NCBI GenBank assembly: GCA_951406725.2
Contig: OX597834.1
Coordinates: forward strand, 35,030,001-35,094,000
Direction of reading: 5' to 3'
DNA from: Octopus vulgaris
Lineage: Eukaryota
DNA length: 64,000 nt
This document shows positions 37,679 through 51,380 of the stretch, one piece after another. The notes under the pieces were generated by a model. The model saw only the letters and a list, made by a program, of their open reading frames with translations. It made no database searches and was not told the origin of the DNA. Every line of letters begins with the position of its first letter. Positions within the stretch are counted from its first letter, which is position 1. A program made the position numbers and the translations under genes.

Positions 37679-40060
37679 AAAGCATCTGCAATACCATAAT
37701 TCTAAATTCAAAAAGAAAAATCTTCTATCACAGTGTTCCTCTAAATGACAAATACCATACCATGTTTTAAATCCTGCACCTAATGATGGCATGTGCCATT
37801 CAATATATATTTTTTTTAAATAATTTTTTTGACATAAAATTAGTATTCAACATTTGCAGACACTGCTGCACTCATTAGATGTGACCTACTGCAGAAAATG
37901 ACAACATTTTGACTCCCATCCAAATCAGGAGAAACCATTCCTGCTGCTACAACCATCTACGATTGGCTTGCAGTCAAATTATTTCCACTTTATGGTTACC
38001 AAACTTTGTAAATATAGTTCTCTACAATTTTTTCTTTTTCCTCTCTTAATTATTCTTCTATTTATATTTCTTCAAAAGAATCAATAAAAATGTAATGCAC
38101 AATATTATAAATTCTACCGAAGTCAAATATTCATTGATGTTTTAGATTTTCGTGGCAAGTAGCGTCAGGTAAGAGGCAAGCCAGGTTTGTGCAAAGAGGG
38201 ACAGCTAATTGCTGCCACCTATTCACTGATGGCAATTCAGCACCAACCCGCTTCATCGTCAGACCAACCCATCACACCCTCAACTCCAAAATATTGAAAT
38301 TCTTACAGATTAAATAAAATTAAACGGAATCGAAAACCGCATTTATATGAAATAATAGAATAAAAAAAATAAAGGCTAAAAAAATAATATTTTGAGAACA
38401 AAAACAGAAAAATGACAGCAGTGCCGAGAACACGTGTTAGTCATTCAAAAACACACAAAGACTTACCTTTGCTTAAATATTTCTTATTTGTTATACAGTG
38501 TCAAAACCTTCATTGCTCAAACTGCAACTTGAAGTGAAATTAACAGCCTTTGTGTGTTTTTTTTTAATGGCTAACATGTGTCTTCAATGCTGCAATTGTT
38601 TAAATTTCGATATACAGTCTCAGATAAAATTGCTTGCCTGGCAAGTACACCTCCAAAATGGAAAAAGTAAACGCTTATTCTAAGCTATGGAAAATGCCAT
38701 GAGCATTGCAATCCGCACCTACTTCCTTTACTTCGCACCTCCTACAATCCCCATCATTAATCATTTGTCACACTCTTTTCAGTCTACAACACTTACCTAC
38801 TCACCCTCTCTCTCTCTCTCTCTCTCTCATATTCACCTTGTATCTTGAGAATATGCCCACACCATCTCTTGTTCTCCAGCCAGAGAAGCCATCCATCTAT
38901 TCACTTCTTCGGCAAGACACCAGTTCATGTCTCTTACACTTTCACCACCTTCAATACTATACCCCACTCAGATGAGAGGGTCTTGCCTTGAAGATACTCA
39001 GTGACATCATTAGTGCTGCTGCCACACAAAAAGAAAGGCACCCAGCACACTCCAAAGGGCATCCAGCTATAGAAACAATACCAAAGCAGACACTGGATCT
39101 TGGTGCAATCCTCTGACTCTTTGGTTCCTGGTGAACCATCTACCCTATATGCCAGCATGGAAAAGGGAGGTTAGATTATGATAATAATGATGATGATATC
39201 CAATATAAGTTCTTTGAGCCAAATTTCAGATTATTCTGAGAATTTGTACATCAATGTTTATGGGTATTTTTTCATGTTGACTGAAGGGGTACTGCTTCTG
39301 ATGAGCAACCCTAAATAAGGACATACTTGAAAAATTTAAACAGTCAAAACCTAAAACAATCATGAGTCAATAATACGAACTGAAGTCGCTTCTGTTGAAG
39401 GTTAACAGGAACTAAAGTTAGCAGTTTTTAAGTTGGCAGTTATTTGGTTTGGTAATTAGTTGGTTCGGCACTAGACTGAGGGTTGGTTAGTGATGACTAG
39501 ATCTGTGATGACTGAATTGGCAGTGAACCAATAATAATTCTTTTCGACTACAAAAGCTTTTTACTTTATTATTTTGAAAAAAAATGTGTTGAGAAGTTTA
39601 AATATTTTTGAACAGTATTCATAAATGATGGGAATGCCACACGTTTCCAATATTCTGCAAAAAACATGTCTGGCAATGGAGAAATGTTACCTTGCCTGCA
39701 AACAGGTAAGGATTGGTGACAGAAAAGGCATGAAAATGTAGAAAATCTAGCTCAATAAACTCTGTCCTATCCATGCAAGCGTGGAAAAAGTGGACGTTAA
39801 AATGATAAAGATGGTTTTTATATTTGAATTTATTTCATCGTCAAAGTAAATATAATTTTCATTACTGAGAACATTATTATACAACATGATTTCAAAATAG
39901 TTCAGTGTGCAAAATGAACCATATCTAATGTTTATAACATATTTACAGTCATTCTATAACAAGATTAAAATATCGTTTAAACATATGAATAACCAATGTA
40001 GCAGATATATAAACAAGGCAAATTTAACCATTCCCTCATAGATTGAACAAAATGATGAAC

Positions 40061-40101
40061 AACCCTAATTTTCAGACCTTATTGGACTCTCATCAGAGGT
40101 T
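40061..40101 (-). ncRNA. Minimal type I hammerhead ribozyme with an intact core
   Basis: Minus strand: AACCT [CTGATGA] G AGTCC-AATAA-GGTCT [GAAA] AT [TA] GGGTT. Stem I is 5 bp (one G-U), stem II is 5 bp with one mismatch, and stem III is a minimal AATT palindrome. Confidence 0.65.
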
Positions 40102-40199
40102 TTTACATCATTTTGAGCAATCCCAGAGAAATATAAAACCAATCTGTTTATATACTCAACAAATCCCAAAGCTACAGACAACTGGAGCTACTAACTCGC

Positions 40200-40720
40200 A
40201 TGTCATTTGAATTATAAAATTATTTGGCATACATTATACAAGAGACCCATGTATAAAACCGTGCTGATGTCATAACTTATGTTTGTATCTATAGGGTTAA
40301 ACATTTTTTAAACATATGAATATGATTTTAATGGCAAAATTATTTGGCATACAGTATACAAGAGTTCACTGTGTAAAACAACAAACTAATATTTATAACG
40401 TATGTTTTTCTCTACAAAGTTACATATTTTTTTAAGCATATAAATATAATTCTAATTAGAAAATTATTTGGCACACCAATACAAGTGTTTAATGTGTAAA
40501 AACACATTAATGTCTAAAAGATAAGAATTTTCCTTCAAGTTAAATATCTTTTAAACATATAAATGCAGTATAATTTTAAATTATAAAAATATTGCGAACA
40601 TTATATGCTGTAATTACCACAGAGTTCAGTCTATAAAAACATATCTGGTGTTCATAACAAATGGCTTTTTTTTTCTTCAACAACAAAAATATCTCTAAAA
40701 CATAAAAAATCTTAATGCAA
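40200..40720. repeat. Diverged ~122-bp tandem repeat (about 4 units)
   Basis: AAAATTATTTGGCA(T/C)AC at ~40217, 40337 and 40461 and a degenerate copy at ~40585, each followed by ...TTTTAAACATA. Confidence 0.7.
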
Positions 40721-41444
40721 TTAAAAGGTTTAACAGACTTTCATTTTATATGTAATTTTTTTCTAATTTTCTTAATATTTTTTTCTAATTTATATAATCA
40801 TTTTTAATAATTTCTTTTTTTCATTCCATCTGCAGTTTCTTGTCAATCATACTCACCTTGAGCTGAGCTGGTTTCAGTTATAATACCTATCTCCTAGGTG
40901 GCCTTTACATACATATATATATATATATATCTCGTCATGTTTTAACGTCCGTTTTCCATGCTGGCATGGGTTGGTCAGTTTGACCACAGTTCACAAGCTG
41001 GAGAGCTGTACCAGGTTCCAGTCTGATTTGGTTTGGTTTCTACAGCTGGACGCCTTTCCTAGTACCAACTGCTTTACAGTGTGTGCTGGGTGCTTTAACA
41101 TAGCACCACAAGAGCACTTTTTATATGGTACGAGCACTCGACTCATGCAAGCCAATCCTCTTCACCAGTGGGGAGATGGCCTTAACACTTCTGTACAGCA
41201 AAGCATTAAGTATCTCAGTCAAAATAAAAACACAAATAAGCCATACCTAGAACGAGCCCTGAGTCAGATCTGCAGTTTAAATTGGATTTGATACTTACAT
41301 AGCTACAGTATCCTACCAACACATGATACCTTCAAGGCTATTTTACACTATGTTATTGCACCTAGTCATTTCTTGTGTTCTACATGTTGATGTGCCTAGA
41401 ATCCTATAACTGATCAGTATATATATATATATATATATATTTTA

Positions 41445-41718
41445 TGCGCCCTTTACAAGCCTAGCCAGGTTCATGGGCCCAGTTTCTGTAGCATATGTGT
41501 TCCCCCCAGCTGGACGGGACGCCAGTCCATTGCAGCATTACTCAAGAAACAAGAAGAAAGATTGAGAGAAAGTTGGGGCAAAAGAGTACAACAGGGGTCG
41601 CCACCACCCCTGTCAGAACCTCATAGAACTTTTAGGTGTTTTAGGTGTTTTCACTCAATAAGCACACACAACGCCTGGTCTGGGAATCGAAACCGTGATT
41701 CTCCGACCTTGAGTCTGC
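41445..41718 (-). mobile_element. tRNA-derived SINE family E (5' truncated)
   Basis: Minus-strand B-box GGTTTCGATTCCC, block ATGGACTGGCGTCCCGTCCAG and an A-rich end adjoining (TA)n. Confidence 0.55.
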
Positions 41719-42949
41719 ATGTGTGAGTGATGTATGTATGAGGGTGTGAGTCAATGAGCATACATATATATATATATTTCACAGTATGAACCAGACTATT
41801 AGATGTTGTTATACACCACTAGTCACAATGCACTTCCTCACAGAGTTGTAACTTTCAAATGATGTCACCTTGCTGGTTAGGCAGGCAGGGCCAACATTCC
41901 CCTTGAACAGAACGCTAGTCCATCACAGGGTCACCCATTTACAGATGAGTGAATTGGAGCAGCGTGAAATGAAGTGTTTTGCTCAAGAATACAATGTATT
42001 ACCAGCCTGGGAATTGAAACCATAATCTTGTGATCATGCGTGCAACATCCAAACCACTAGGCCACACATTTTCAAACACACACATACACACACACAGACC
42101 AAAATATGATAAATACAACTTGTGGCTTACATCATTTGTTCACTATCCCCGTTTTGGCATTGTGGCAACTATTTACATCTTCTGTTATGTGTATCCATAG
42201 TGAAGTTGGATGCACGTTCACAATAGTTCTTCAGGGTAACATTTTATTACATTATATTATCTGTTCACACACACACACACACATACCACAGGCTTCCACA
42301 CAGTTTCTGTTACAAGGAGACAATGATCAAATAGAAGCCGTGGTACAAGACACTTGCCTAAGGTGTTACACACAGGACCATGTGGCAGTGAAACAACCTT
42401 GTAAAACCACATCGGTTCGACAACCTCTTAGAACCAATGCATTCCAGTTGTATTCACCGTTTAATAGCTTTTGTTGCACCATACAGCTTTACCATCAGCT
42501 AAAATAGAATCACTCTAAGAACTCAACCTAATTATTTTTTTCTCCAAATCCTATTTACTACTTTATCAAGTCACTATCACGTTTTCTTCTTTTTAATCAC
42601 ATCCATTTCCAAATCTAGTCTGCTACGGCTCGTCACAGCAGCAAACCAGCATTTCTAGTAATTGGTAAGCCTCGGGGAATTCAACTGGAATGGTTTCCAA
42701 TTGATTTTTGTCTAAGCAAAGCATGAATTTTGTAAACCTTTCCAGAAAGGCGAAGACAGGAACGTTTCTATCTTCCCTAGAGGCATTTGTGATTTAAACA
42801 GAGAAGAAAAAAATCCACAATTAGGAATCAAAACTGGATAATGGATTAGCTGAGCTTTAATCTCAGTTTCCATTGTACAACATCCACTTAAATTCAGTGT
42901 GATGCTTAGATACCCTAAACAATAGAACTACTGCTTCATATAACCCTTT

Positions 42950-43925
42950 AGCAGAATACTAAAGGTGTTAAAATGGCTCTTGTATTGTAACATTTTGGGG
43001 GTTTATATATGTTGATGTACTAAAATACAGTAGAGTGATGTGTCTTGTCTAGGTTTAGTTATAACATCAACGGTTAGATATATTGTACTAAAATATAGTG
43101 CGTCTTGTCTAAAGTTAACTCTTTAGTTACTATGGCAATTATGGTGTCAGATACATTGATCATCATCATCATCGTTTAACGTCCGTTTTCTGCGCTAGCA
43201 CGGGTTGGACGGTTTGACCAGGGGCTGCACCAGGCTCCAGTCTGATCTGGCAGTGTTTCTACAGCTGGATGCCCTTCCTAATGCCAACTACTCCGCGAGT
43301 GTAAGTGGGTGCTTTTTACGTGCCACCGGCACAGGTGCCAGGGGAGTCTGGCATCGGCCACGTTCAGATGGTGCTTTTTATGTGCCACCGGCACAGAAGC
43401 CAGTCGAGGCGGCGCTGGCATCGGCCATGTTCGGATGGTGCTTTTTATGTGCCACCGGTATGTGGCACAGGTATCACAACTACTTGATGTATTTATATAA
43501 ACTAGAGTGGTGTGTCTTGTCTAAGGTTTAGTTCTAGCATCAATGGTTAGATATATTGTATTAAGATAGAGTGGTGTGTCTTGTCTAAACTTAACCCTTT
43601 ACTTTCTGTAACATTTACAATATTGGATATGTTGAGGTATTTATATAAATTAGAGTTGTGTGTCTTGATTAAGGTTTAGTTATCATATCACTAATGGTAT
43701 TAGATATGTTCATGTATTCATATATAGCAGAGTAATGTGTCTTGCCTAAGGTTTAAACCTTTAGTTATAACAGTAAATAATATAAGGTATGTTGATGTAT
43801 TTATAAAAAGAGAGTGGTGTGTCTTGTCTAAGGATTAGTTATCAAAATAGTAATGGTATAAAATACGTTGATGTATTTATAGAGAGCCGAATGATGCATG
43901 TTGTCTAAGGTTTCACTCTTTAACA
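42950..43925. repeat. Tandem satellite of 65-85-bp units interrupted by a family C element (43160-43482)
   Basis: AGAGTGGTGTGTCTTGTCTAAGG variants at ~43032, 43096, 43504, 43568, 43652, 43729, 43811 and 43888. An orphan unit lies at ~47465. Confidence 0.85.
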
Positions 43926-44416
43926 TTCATGTTGTTGTCTTCATATTAAAGAGAGAAAAAAATCACAACTATGTCTAATCAGGTGATTGCAAGACTGTTT
44001 TTTTTTTTACTTTTTATTCTGCGTTTTTTTCTCTCCGTTACCAAAACCAACAAGTCAAAAAGTAGAGTAAACTTATTTGAACAAATAGTGTTGTCTTAAA
44101 AAATAGTGATCACATTCATCCAGTTTCCACAGCAAAGAGGAGGTCTAAGATCCCCTACTTTCCTCCCCACCTCACCTCATCAGAAGCTAATATACCAGTC
44201 CGTTGTGTAGAAGTTTGGTTCATGTTGCACACACAGTATATTGGTGCTGGTGCCGAGATAATATGGTTAACATTATGGTAATGCTGGTTCCTCATTAGTC
44301 AGCTCTGAATAGCGTCACAACATGTTGTTTTTAACTTACTACAGTATTTCTATACAACATAGAAATTGTTGCCATTCTGCTGATCACTTGTTGTTACTGA
44401 TCCAAACCATAAAAAC

Positions 44417-44450
<34 letters not shown>

Positions 44451-45001
44451 ACAGTACAGCAATATCTTGCATAGAATATTATGAGTATGACTATCTTTTT
44501 ACCAGTCAAATACTGAGGTCACTGTAATCAACTTACCACCTCACCTAAAAATTAGAATTGTTATTATTATTATAATTAAAGAAAAGATTATTATTATTGT
44601 TATTATTAATATTACTAAGGCGGCAAGTTGGCATGCTGGGCATAATGTTCGGTAGCGTTTCATCTTTCTTTATGTTCTGAGCTCAAATTCTGCCAAGGTC
44701 GATTTTGCCTTTCATCCTTCCAGGGTTGATAAATTAAGTACCAGTGAAAACTGGGGTCGATGTAATCAGCTAGTCTCCTACCCCCAAATTTCGGCCTTGT
44801 ACCTAAAGCAGAAAGGATTATTGTTGTTCTGAGTTCAAATGCTGCAAAGCCATCTTTGCCTCTCATCCTTTCAAAGTTAACAAAGAAGTACCAACCAAGG
44901 ACTGGAGTCGATGTAATTGAAATGCCCCCACCCTTCAAAATTGCTCAGCTTGTGCCAAAATTAGAAATAATAATTATCGTTATAGTTATTATTAAAGAAA
45001 G

Positions 45002-45041
<40 letters not shown>

Positions 45042-46600
45042 TCCACCTTAGTGAAGACGGAAGTATTGTTTTCAGCTGTGTTTGTTTGTTTGTCCATGCT
45101 CAAGATATCTCAAGAGCCAATGGATGGATTCAGATGAACCTTTCAGGGATGTTTGGCCGTGTGACTGGCACGAACTGATTAGATTTTGGGATCAATCTGG
45201 CCGAGCATGTCGAATAAAATGCTTAGCAGCAATTCTTCAGGCTTTATGTTCCAAGATCAAATCCTGCCAGGGGCAACTTTATTTTTCAATATTTTTGGTA
45301 TTGATAAAATCCCAGGAGTAGTCAAGTACTGGGATCAATGTAATAGAATCATCCAACCCCTCAACAATGTTGGCCATGTGTTAAAAATTAACAAGAATTA
45401 TAATCCTACAACTACTACAACTATTATTATTATTATTATTATTATTATCTTCTCAAGTGTAACTAGATTTTGATATTGTCGTGTGCATATGAGTCTGTGT
45501 GTCTGTGTGTGTGTAAAGATAGTTATCTTGTTATCCAAATAGATCTAGCAGATGCCATGTTTGGCAACAGTTGCAAACATAACATTAGATCCAACATTTA
45601 TTCTTATTAATAGATTTCAGAATCCTATATTTAGTGTTCCTGCAAATATCATTCAGCATATTTTTAATGAGCAAAACGAAGTTGTCTGTCATGGCCGAAG
45701 ACCACCTCCTCATTATCGGCTGTCAATTACATTCACTTGTACTGAGAATGATGACAGATATGCCACAGGCATGGCTGTGTGGCTAAGAAGACTGCCTTGT
45801 AACCACTTGGTTTTAGGGTTCAGTCCCACTGCATGTTACCTTAACCAAATGGGCAAGTGTCTTCTACTATAGCTCCAGACTGACCAATGCCTTGTGAATG
45901 AATTTGGTAGACAAATCCGTGTAGAGGCATGTAGTACGTGTGTGTGCGTATGTATGTATGTGTGTGTATGTATGTATGTATGTGTACCATCATCATCATT
46001 TAACATCCATGTTTCATACTGGATGGGCTGGACTCTGGTAAGAGTTGGGCAAAAATGTATACTTGTGTGTGTGTGTGTGTGTGTGTGTGTTTGTGTCTTT
46101 GTGCTTGTGTTTGTTTCCCTCCCCAGCCAACCACCTGCTGTTGGTTTGTTTACATCCCCATAACTTAGCAGTTTGATAAAATTAACAAATTTCAAATAAA
46201 ATAGGCTTGATCTGTTCAAATAAACCCTTCAGCATGGCTGCAGTCCAATGACTGAAACAAGTCAATGATGAAAGATAATGATATCAGTTGCATCCTAAGC
46301 ATCCTGGGTTCAATCATCAGCCAAGGTACCACTGTCCTTCATCAGGGTCTTGACCATGGTTTCAGAAAGATACTCAGAGTTTACCATTAATCCCTAAGTG
46401 AGTTTTTGCCAGATGATGAGTTGGCTGGTTGCTGGCAACTCTGGTTGTCTGAGACAGAGACCAACACACTGCAGCTGTCTCCCGGCTATCTTGTTTATTG
46501 TTGAATAAAATCATAATTAACTGATCCTCTCGAATTTTTTTTTTTACTCAAAGCCAGTCAAAGCCAGAAACATCCCATCCTGTGTGTGTGCGTATGTACA

Positions 46601-47045
46601 TGAGGGGGTATTGAAAAGCTCCTGGCTTTAAGGGCATTGTGAAAGCCTGGTAGGAGGCCCAAACATCTGAGTTCTTTAACAGGGCTTACCAAAACCTATT
46701 TCTTTGCTACCCACAAAGGGCTAAACACAGAGAGGACAAACAAGGACAGACACATGGATTAAGTCAATTATATCGCCCCCAGTGCATAACTGGTGCTTAT
46801 TTAATTGACCCCGAAAGGATGAAAGGCAAAGTTGACCTCAGCAGAATTTGAACTCCGAATGTAGCAGCAGACGAAATACCGCTAGGCATTTCGCCCGGCG
46901 TGCTAACATTTCTGCCACCAAAACCAAAGGACCACTGCAATAAGTGTGTGAATCTGAGAGGGGAATATGTTGAATAAAATCCTAATTAACTGATCCTCCT
47001 GTATTTTCTTTTACCCGAAGCCAGGAACTTTCCAGCACCTCCTCA
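46601..47045 (+). mobile_element. Mariner-derived MITE interrupted by a family B SINE (46697-46916, minus)
   Basis: Same family as 3267-3883; encodes DHCNKCVNLRGEYVE*. The SINE is flanked by the 9-bp TSD ACCAAAACC (46688-46696 and 46917-46925). Confidence 0.85.
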
Positions 47046-47942
47046 TATATGTGGTGCATTCGAGAAGTTTTGAGACTTTTAGGAGCAGCAGTTATAACCG
47101 TCCTAGATTGTTGTAATTTTTGCATATCATTAATATACGTCTGTCTAATAAGCTGACCTACCAATTTTTGTTATTCCAGACTGAGGGAGTGGTTGTAACA
47201 GTACCTTGAACACACCCTACTAAACACTGCTTGTTCCAGCCAACTGGTTTGCAGAATGCAGTCAGCACATTTGAAAGCACACTGTGTAATAAAGTTTTGA
47301 GGTAAACTAGGCAAAGACACTCTAGAAACTAATAAACTGCTCCAGATATCTTATGGATCAACTTTTTTGCTGGCCACAGGAGATTTAAGGATGGTAGAGA
47401 AGAGGTGTGGAGGGACATGGTCTAGTGGTTAGAGAAGCTAACCCTAACCTTAACCACTGATGATATAGAGTGGTGTGTCTTGCCTAAGGTCTAACTCTGG
47501 TTACATAACACTAATGTTAGATATATGATGTACCTTTATAGGGTCATAGGATCTAAAGAAGGAGCTCTGGAAGGGAAATCAAGGAGGGGTTAGTGCCCAC
47601 CCTAATAGCTAATTAGAATAATTGCTTTGCACTTGCAAAAGTACTTTGAGAATTAAAAAAGAAAAAACAAAAAAAAATAAATAAAAGGTTTTTCATTTGA
47701 GTGGAAATTAGAATAGATTCATTAATTTTTTTTTTAAACTTTTAAAGCAAGTAATAAAATGAAATTAAATCTTCAATTAAGATTATCAGACTTGGAATAA
47801 TCCAGTAGTGAGATAAATATTACATATGGAACACAACAGACTGCTATGGAATGGTTTAAAGTGCATCTTGATAACAACATCATTATCACCGTTATGCATA
47901 AGAGGTAGCAAGTAGTACTTGTAAATAGTAGCAGCAGTAGCT

Positions 47943-47995
<53 letters not shown>

Positions 47996-48113
47996 GATGG
48001 AAGCAGCGGCGGCAGCAGAGGCAGCAAGTACATGCATATATGCACTTATAGCAAAGCATGAATACATGCCTAAATAGCAGGCTCATGCTTGTTATCTGTA
48101 AAACCTCTCTCTC

Positions 48114-48187
48114 TCTCATGTGGCGCAATCAGTTAGCACGTTCGGCTGTTAACCAAAAGTTTGGTGGTTCGAGCCCACCCTGGAACA
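48114..48187 (+). pseudogene. tRNA-Asn(GTT) pseudogene
   Basis: TGGCGCAATCAGTTAGCACGTTCGGCTGTTAACCAAAAGTTTGGTGGTTCGAGCCCACCC matches metazoan tRNA-Asn with 4 substitutions. The acceptor stem cannot pair, the D and anticodon stems have mismatches, and a T-run follows at 48195-48209. Confidence 0.85.
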
Positions 48188-48630
48188 TGGACTATTTTCT
48201 TTTTTTTTTGCCAGTGCCACCTGAGTGGCATGTAAAAAGCACCATTCAAGTATGGTCGATGCCAGTACTGCCTGACTGAGTGGCATGCAAAAAGAACCCA
48301 CTACACTCGCAGAGTGGTTGAGGTTAGGAAGGACATCCAGGTGTAGAAATCTTGCCAGATCAGATTGGTGCCTGGTACAGCCTTCTGCTTTGCCAATGCC
48401 CAGTCAAGCAGTCAAACCCATGCCAGCATAGAAAATGAAAGTTATATGACGATGATATATATATATATATGTATTCTTTTACTTGTTTCAGTCATTTGAT
48501 TGTGGCCATGCTGGAGCATCACCTTTAATTGAACAACTTGACCCCAGGACTTATTCTTTGTAAGCCTAGTACTTATTCTGTCAGTCACTTTTGTTGAACC
48601 ATTAAGTTATGGGGACATAAACACAGACAC

Positions 48631-48671
<41 letters not shown>

Positions 48672-49097
48672 GGGCTTCTTTCAGTTTTCGTCTACCAAAT
48701 CCACTCACAAGGCTTTGGTCAGCCTGAGGCTAAGGTAGAAGACACTTACCCAAGGTACCACGCAGTGGGACTGAACCTGGAACCATGTGGTTGGCAAGCT
48801 TCTTACCACAGAGCCACATGTCATCATCAGCTTCTGTCAAACTATCCAACCCATTCTAGCATGGGAGATGGACGTTAAATGATGATGATGATACATATAT
48901 GTATGTGTGTGTATATATATATATATATATCATCATCATCGTTTAATGACCGTTTTTCGCGCTAGCACGGGTTGGACGGTTCGACCGGGGTCTGGGAAGC
49001 CAGAGGCTGCACCAGGCTCCAGTCTGATCTGGCAGTGTTTCTACAACTGGATGCCCTTCCTAACGCCAACCACTCCACGAGATATATATATATGGGT

Positions 49098-49143
<46 letters not shown>

Positions 49144-49158
49144 TAGATAGATAGATAG

Positions 49159-49189
<31 letters not shown>

Positions 49190-49696
49190 TGTATGTAAAT
49201 ATATGTGTATATGTGTGTGCATTTTATATATGATGATGATGATGATATACACATATAGTTATTCTTTCACTGGTTTCAATCACAAGAATATAACCATAAT
49301 GAGCAGCACTTCCAAGCGATTTTAGTTAATCAAATTGGTTCTGGTATTTATTTCAATCTGATTTATTGACCCTTTTTGACACAACACTGGTTTTAATCAA
49401 ACACAAATACACACACACTAATTACAAGGAATCAGGAAGCGTGCTACTCTGCAGTTCCCATAGTGTTAAAGAGAGGAGAGACAAATATCTGCCTTCCCCT
49501 TCCATAGAACTCCGGTCTATTGCATGTAAGTTTACCAAATGGAAAAACTGAATTCAGCAATGCCTACCATCAAACCATTCCGCCATTACTGTTGACTCTT
49601 AAAACAATGATTTCTACAGCCTTGTGGTAACTGGGTGTACTTGTTCTTGAGAAAGAAGTTAAATATCCCAGCTTCAAACGCAGCAATTAAAAATGC

Positions 49697-49729
<33 letters not shown>

Positions 49730-49859
49730 TACATACATACACATATATACATGATGTGATCAACCAGAGTATCAGATGTTGTTATACATCACTGGTCACA
49801 ATGCGTTTTGCCTCATTTTAGCTTTCAAATGATGCCACCCCGCTGGCTAGGCGAACAAG

Positions 49860-49894
<35 letters not shown>

Positions 49895-50029
49895 ACACAC
49901 AAACACATATACATACATGTATAAACATGCATTAGCATACAAACACATACACACAATATATACATAATATATATGATTACACTAGTAACAGATTATATAG
50001 GATTGAAATGAAATCTGATCAGTAATTGC

Positions 50030-50620
50030 AGTACAAAGGTCAGCTGAGTACATTACAAAAGTCAGCAGAGTGCAGAAGAAAGGTCAGGCCATGAGGTACA
50101 GATGCCAGTGCAGCACATACCAATATAATGCGGCAGAAGTATCTATGGTGTTCTACAGATGTCAGTATAGACACCAGAATAGTGCAATAGAAACGTCAGA
50201 CAGTGCAGTGCAAAGATCAGATAGTGCAATACAGAGGTCGGACGGTGAGGTGCAACTCCCAGTGTAGTGCTACATGAAAGTCAGACAGTGCAGCGAGGAT
50301 ATCAACATAGTTGTATAGGAAAAGATTCCAAGACAATGCAGAACAAAGGTCACACAATGTTGTGTGGAGGTCAGACAGCAACGTACAGCTGCCAGTTTAG
50401 TACAACACGAAAGTTAGACAGTGCAGTCAAGATGTCTACATTGCTGCAAAGATGTCATTAGAGATTCCAGTACAATGCAGTACAAAGTTCATACAATGTA
50501 GTACAAAGGTCAGACAGCGTAATACACATGTCAGACAGTGTAATACAGATGTCAGACGGTGTAATACAGATGTCAGACAGTGTAATACACATGTCAGACA
50601 GTGTAATACAGTGTAATATT
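50030..50620. repeat. 21-bp minisatellite, old and diverged on the left, homogenised on the right
   Basis: Near-exact TGTCAGACAGTGTAATACA(G/C)A units at 50510-50610, with degenerate GTCAGACAGTGCAG variants upstream. Confidence 0.85.
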
Positions 50621-51256
50621 TATTTTATCAACCCCACAAAAGGACAAAAAGCAAAATCAACCTCAGCAGAATCTGAACTCAGAACATAAAGACACACAAA
50701 ATACCACAAAACATTTTGCCCAGTGCGGTAACGATTTTACCAGTTTGCCACCTTACTGCTGTATAATATTATTATCTTGATGGGGTGAAAATCTTAAAAG
50801 GTCCACAGCAAGATTTTATAACTCAGAACATAAATCTTTTTCTTTGATGATAATGATTGCTTAACAGGCATTAAAAACCTTACAAATCCAGTGGAGAGGA
50901 AATGGTGATAGTTCACATTTGAAATCAGAACATGATCCCCTTTGATGCTCAAGGGACTGTTACATAACTAATTCTGCTTTCTGTAGGTCGGATGATGATG
51001 ATCATCATCACCATCAAAACTCCATTATAGGCAAAAGGGCTGAAATATTTTAACATCAACCCCACTGCTCAACTGGTGCTTATTTCATCGACTCCAAAAA
51101 GATGAAAGGCAATGCTGATTTCAACAGAGTTTGAACTTGGAATGTAAAGATGAAGTGTTTTGTCTGACATGCTTTCAATTCTGCCAAATCGCTACATCAA
51201 TAATAATAATAAGGAGGAGGATGGAGGAGGGGGAGGAGAAGAAGAAGAAGAAGAAG

Positions 51257-51380
51257 AAATACAAAGACCTGGAAATAGAGGTAACTTGAATGTGGAATCT
51301 AAAAACAGAAACAATTACTATCATAGATTCCACATTCGAGTTACCTCTATTCCCAGGTCTTTGTATTTTGAACGTTTCTC
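51257..51380. mobile_element. Fold-back (inverted) fragment of an RLE-type LINE endonuclease region
   Basis: The plus arm reads KYKDLEIEVT*MWNLKTETITII and the minus arm reads EKRSKYKDLGIEVTRMWNL. Arms 51257-51301 and 51324-51368 are 43/45 complementary. Confidence 0.8.

Noticed and set aside
39290-39345. CTGATGA...GAAA hammerhead-like spacing
   Set aside because: No convincing stem I or stem II pairing.
47438-47455. Interstitial telomere
   Set aside because: Only about three imperfect CCCTAA units, too short to call.
51138-51150. miR-1-like sequence TGGAATGTAAAGA
   Set aside because: Only 13 nt match, it lies within a degenerate family B SINE and no precursor hairpin is seen.
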